This document shows positions 60,802-64,000 of a DNA stretch of 64,000 bases, in pieces (positions within the stretch are counted from its first letter, which is position 1; each line of letters begins with the position of its first letter). The DNA is from Eremomyces bilateralis CBS 781.70. Taxonomy: Eukaryota. The DNA is taken from the NCBI GenBank assembly GCA_010015585.1, contig ML975169.1; one strand, 5' to 3'. The position numbers and the translations under genes were made by a program. Under the pieces are notes generated by a model. That model searched no databases and was not told where the DNA came from. It saw only the letters and a program-made list of their open reading frames with translations.

Positions 60802-62022
60802 GTTTGATTTGGGTTGAATTCCAGGGATCACGACCGAGGGGAAATGTAATGTATCGAGTCAAACTGCACGGCTTGGGATAGATATCTGAGGAGGGGGCGA
60901 TAAGTGGCCTTATGGCCTGGCGATAAGCAAAGTTATTATATTTTCCCTGTGCAACAATTGGCAGTCCGTCCTTTACATACTTGGTTGATGGCAGCGGTGG
61001 TCCGCACTGCTAATTACTGGGGTAACACTTACGAGGCACCCTCGATTCTTACGGTGGAAGCCGAGAGGTCAGGAGTAGCGTAATATAATTTGCTAGTCCG
61101 TGCATCATATCGTGCTAGGATAATTGGATCGTAAGTTCGTAACAAATAGCCAGGGGAAATTGGGAATGAGGGCAAGTCGGATCCTCCGGCTCGCTCCATA
61201 TCATGTCCTTCGTAGCATAAGCTACCGGATTGAAACTTTCAAGTTGGTCCAAGTAGGTTCATTGTCGCGTGGTGCGTAGGGTTGTGTACTCGCGTCTCGT
61301 GTGCGCAAAGGATGGCACTTGGGTAACTAAGCTAACTGCCTCGTAGCACATGTATGCTAGAAGGCGGAGCGGTGTTTGGAAAGCTTTGATTTGCTAACTA
61401 TTATCAAGCGTGAACGAAAGAAAGAAGAGGTAAAAAGAGGGAGATAATAATAGACTAGGAGATAATACTTAACGGTAACTGTGGTGGTAGGAAGTTATGG
61501 TAATGCTGGCTGGTGATTCGTTTCTCCACACAGAGAAATCGTGATATTGCTGGGCTGGGACCTTCGTTCCTTCACATATTACGGAACTCCACATCACCCA
61601 AGAGTGTTATTAGTCCGGCAAGGCAAGAGTTAGTGTCAGTCTGTCGGAGGTTAACAAGGTAAACTACTTCTGACCGAATATAAGCGTCTCACGTCTCACT
61701 ACCTCAGTTAGGTAACCTATTGCTTCCGTGACTGATTGACATGCCTAAACAATTAACAACATATGAGCCTATGAAATGGTCTCACATCCAGCATGTGCAT
61801 TCACTTATATGGAATAATGATGCACATATTCCCCTCCGCCTGCGAAGAAGCATCACATCGTATCCGGCATCTAGTCAGAGCCTGACCAATGCTTCGGAAA
61901 TTACTCAAAGGCTTGATCATCACTGTTACGATGAACCGTTCGCTACTCGATGACTGAGACCACAACTCGGTAGAGGTGCTATTTTTGAATTTGAACCAAA
62001 TACCAGAAACACGCCACTACTA

Positions 62023-62850
62023 CTAACCAGCCCAAGCATCCGTATACGGCCCATACAGAGTATGCATGGCAGCCTCTATCCACGCCGCCCTCCCACTCTC
62101 CGCTTTGAAGTATTCATGCAGATACAACCATTCACTCCTCCCTGCCCTCCGACTTTTATCGAAAGCGAACATTCCGAGAACCACTCCCAAGTCTCGATCC
62201 ACCACCCATCGCCGCGTCGGGATCGGGTACCGGAACAGCGACAGGCCCTGCTCGCAGTGCTGCGTCATGGTCACTCCGTTCTCGTTGCGCACACATTGTG
62301 CCGCCGCGAGCACTCCGCTCCCGTCTCCGGACTGGATGCCCTCGGCATAGCTGTTCGCGATCGCGATGAGCTGCACCCGTGTCAAGGCCGGTGCCGGGTA
62401 CGGCGTGCTCCACACGGCGGGGGCTTCCGCAGGGAATCGCTCCGGTGCGAACAGCATGTGGCTTCCTGGTAGGGCATTGACGATCTCGATCTCATCGATC
62501 GCGCCCGTGGCGTTGTCCAGCGCCATGCGGATGCTAAGGATGGCGCGCTGGCGACCCGCTTCGGTCGGGACGCGCATCGACGCGATCTGACAGGCGTCGA
62601 CGTCCACAGCGGAGATCTGCCAGGGAACGGCGAAGTTGGTCAGGTTGGCATATGACGTTTGAGCCAAGGACACGACCTGATTGTTCTGTGTGATTTTGGC
62701 TGATGACGAGAGGGGCGTGGAGAGCGTGTTCCGCTGAGCGACAGCGGAATTGAAGAAGTCAGTGACGGCGGATTCAAGCTGGGGCCGGGTGCAGGCGCAA
62801 AGAGCGGAGGGGAGAACGGAAAAGGGGAGGGAGGCGAGATAAGGCCTCAT
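62023..62850 (-). CDS. Secreted hypothetical protein (intronless)
   Basis: Signal peptide MRPYLASLPFSVLPSALC, CTRPQL, LIAIANSYAEG, CVRNENG motif; 275-codon ORF. Confidence 0.75.
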   Translation of the reverse strand: MRPYLASLPFSVLPSALCACTRPQLESAVTDFFNSAVAQRNTLSTPLSSSAKITQNNQVVSLAQTSYANLTNFAVPWQISAVDVDACQIASMRVPTEAGRQRAILSIRMALDNATGAIDEIEIVNALPGSHMLFAPERFPAEAPAVWSTPYPAPALTRVQLIAIANSYAEGIQSGDGSGVLAAAQCVRNENGVTMTQHCEQGLSLFRYPIPTRRWVVDRDLGVVLGMFAFDKSRRAGRSEWLYLHEYFKAESGRAAWIEAAMHTLYGPYTDAWAG

Positions 62851-63456
62851 TCTGAAGGTATGATGTTGTCCCACGTCTTAGTGTTCACTTCTTTTGAGTC
62901 GCTCGACGGTGCGACTGGTCAAGTAGAGACAGTAATCGAAGGAGCCATCATTTGGTAGATTCACTCATGTTATTATATAGATCCCTCTAAGTCCGATCCG
63001 AACTTCTCGCTCTGTTGCAAATTATTGCGGTCTATGTCATGTAGACATGCATTTATGGGCAAATCGGGTCGTGTTTCGCGGAATACTTGCGCAATATGCG
63101 TGGTCAGGGTTTAATCAATCCGTAGCAAATTCCAAGAAATTATAGCAACGTAAATGGCCTGCTTGCAAGCATCCTCTGACTTTGAACATTTCTAGTGACA
63201 TCCTAGAGATAATAGTTAGCAAAACTTATAACTAGTTATAGACTCACGCTTCAACCGGTATTTATTAGTTCGGGTTAGAGAGTGATTAACTAACCTTAGT
63301 TGCAAAACTTTAACTCGCATATGGATATGGTAATGTTTCACGGTGCCGGAATGCACTACGATGGAATTAGATTTTCTTCGTGTCCCTATTCGCATTACTT
63401 ATACCTGCGGCAAAGCTTTCGCTGCTTAATTAACTACCATCCTTTCTTCGCTAACT

Positions 63457-63580
63457 ATGTCGCTCACCACTAACTACTATAACGAGCCCAGCAAGTTCGC
63501 CATGTCACTCACCACAACTACCATAACAACAAGCCCGACGAGTTCGCCTTGTTGCTCACCACAACTACCACAATAATCGG
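63457..63580 (+). repeat. Three degenerate ~45-47 bp tandem copies (..CTCACCACAACTAC..AGTTCGCC) leading into a Thr-rich ORF fragment
   Basis: ATGTCGCTCACCACTAACTAC / ATGTCACTCACCACAACTAC / TTGTTGCTCACCACAACTAC. Confidence 0.6.
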
Positions 63581-64000
63581 ACGCACAGCGGAGACACCAC
63601 TACCACTCGCCCTGACGACACCATTTGTACAGGCACCAAACTCTGCTGACATCTTCTCCATTAGAAGCATTATCTCGACTTTCGGGTGGTCCCGCAATTA
63701 CTCAACCACCACCACCGTCGTTTGTAGCCTTAGGCTCCTATATATTATACCTTGGTCTGCGACAGAAATCTTGTGTGATGACTAAGTAATAAACCTCCGG
63801 TTTCCGACACATTGGTACCGTACGGCAGGGGTACTTTTGCAACAGCATAGAGTGCTTAAGTATAGACAGCCGGTCCGTCTCGCAGTCTTTCGTTCATTGA
63901 AGAGCACTTCGAAATCTTCCGAAATTTCTCCCAGGCCTCTAGCGATATCTCCACTGACGCAGGATAAGTGAAACGATGCCGGTATATCACATCTACTGCT

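Noticed and set aside
37000..64000. Starship element
   Set aside because: No DUF3435 tyrosine recombinase or identifiable boundary repeats in this window; it cannot be excluded from outside context.

Overview
Intron-containing fungal (Pezizomycotina-type ascomycete) genomic DNA. It opens with the 3' end of a hAT DNA transposon (transposase dimerisation domain, subterminal ACGAATA repeats, terminal inverted repeat). Positions ~0.6-37 kb hold mostly conserved genes: intradiol dioxygenase, DHH phosphoesterase, PPR protein, Cwf18, zinc-knuckle SR protein, R3H/SUZ protein, NCBP3-like, MCT-type MFS, Sec23, Ndc1, alpha/beta hydrolase, Rrt8/EI24-like, a coiled-coil protein and a GST. Two orphan or degenerate islands interrupt this block. 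After ~37 kb the region looks accessory: a HET-domain relic, a subtilisin, an 8-gene catabolic cluster (43.0-58.5 kb) and small secreted proteins. The cluster encodes an MFS exporter, two isochorismatase-fold amidohydrolases, an Fcy/Tpn1-type NCS1 permease, an HSL-type hydrolase, a Zn2Cys6 regulator, a homogentisate-dioxygenase-like enzyme with altered substrate residues, and a P450; (CCGG)n motifs recur in its promoters. It is the best candidate for an undescribed system, which I infer to be an N-heterocycle (hydroxypyridine, B-vitamin or nucleobase) ring-cleavage pathway analogous to the bacterial maleamate route. All family assignments come from motif recognition by eye, no database searches were run, and exon boundaries are manual estimates.
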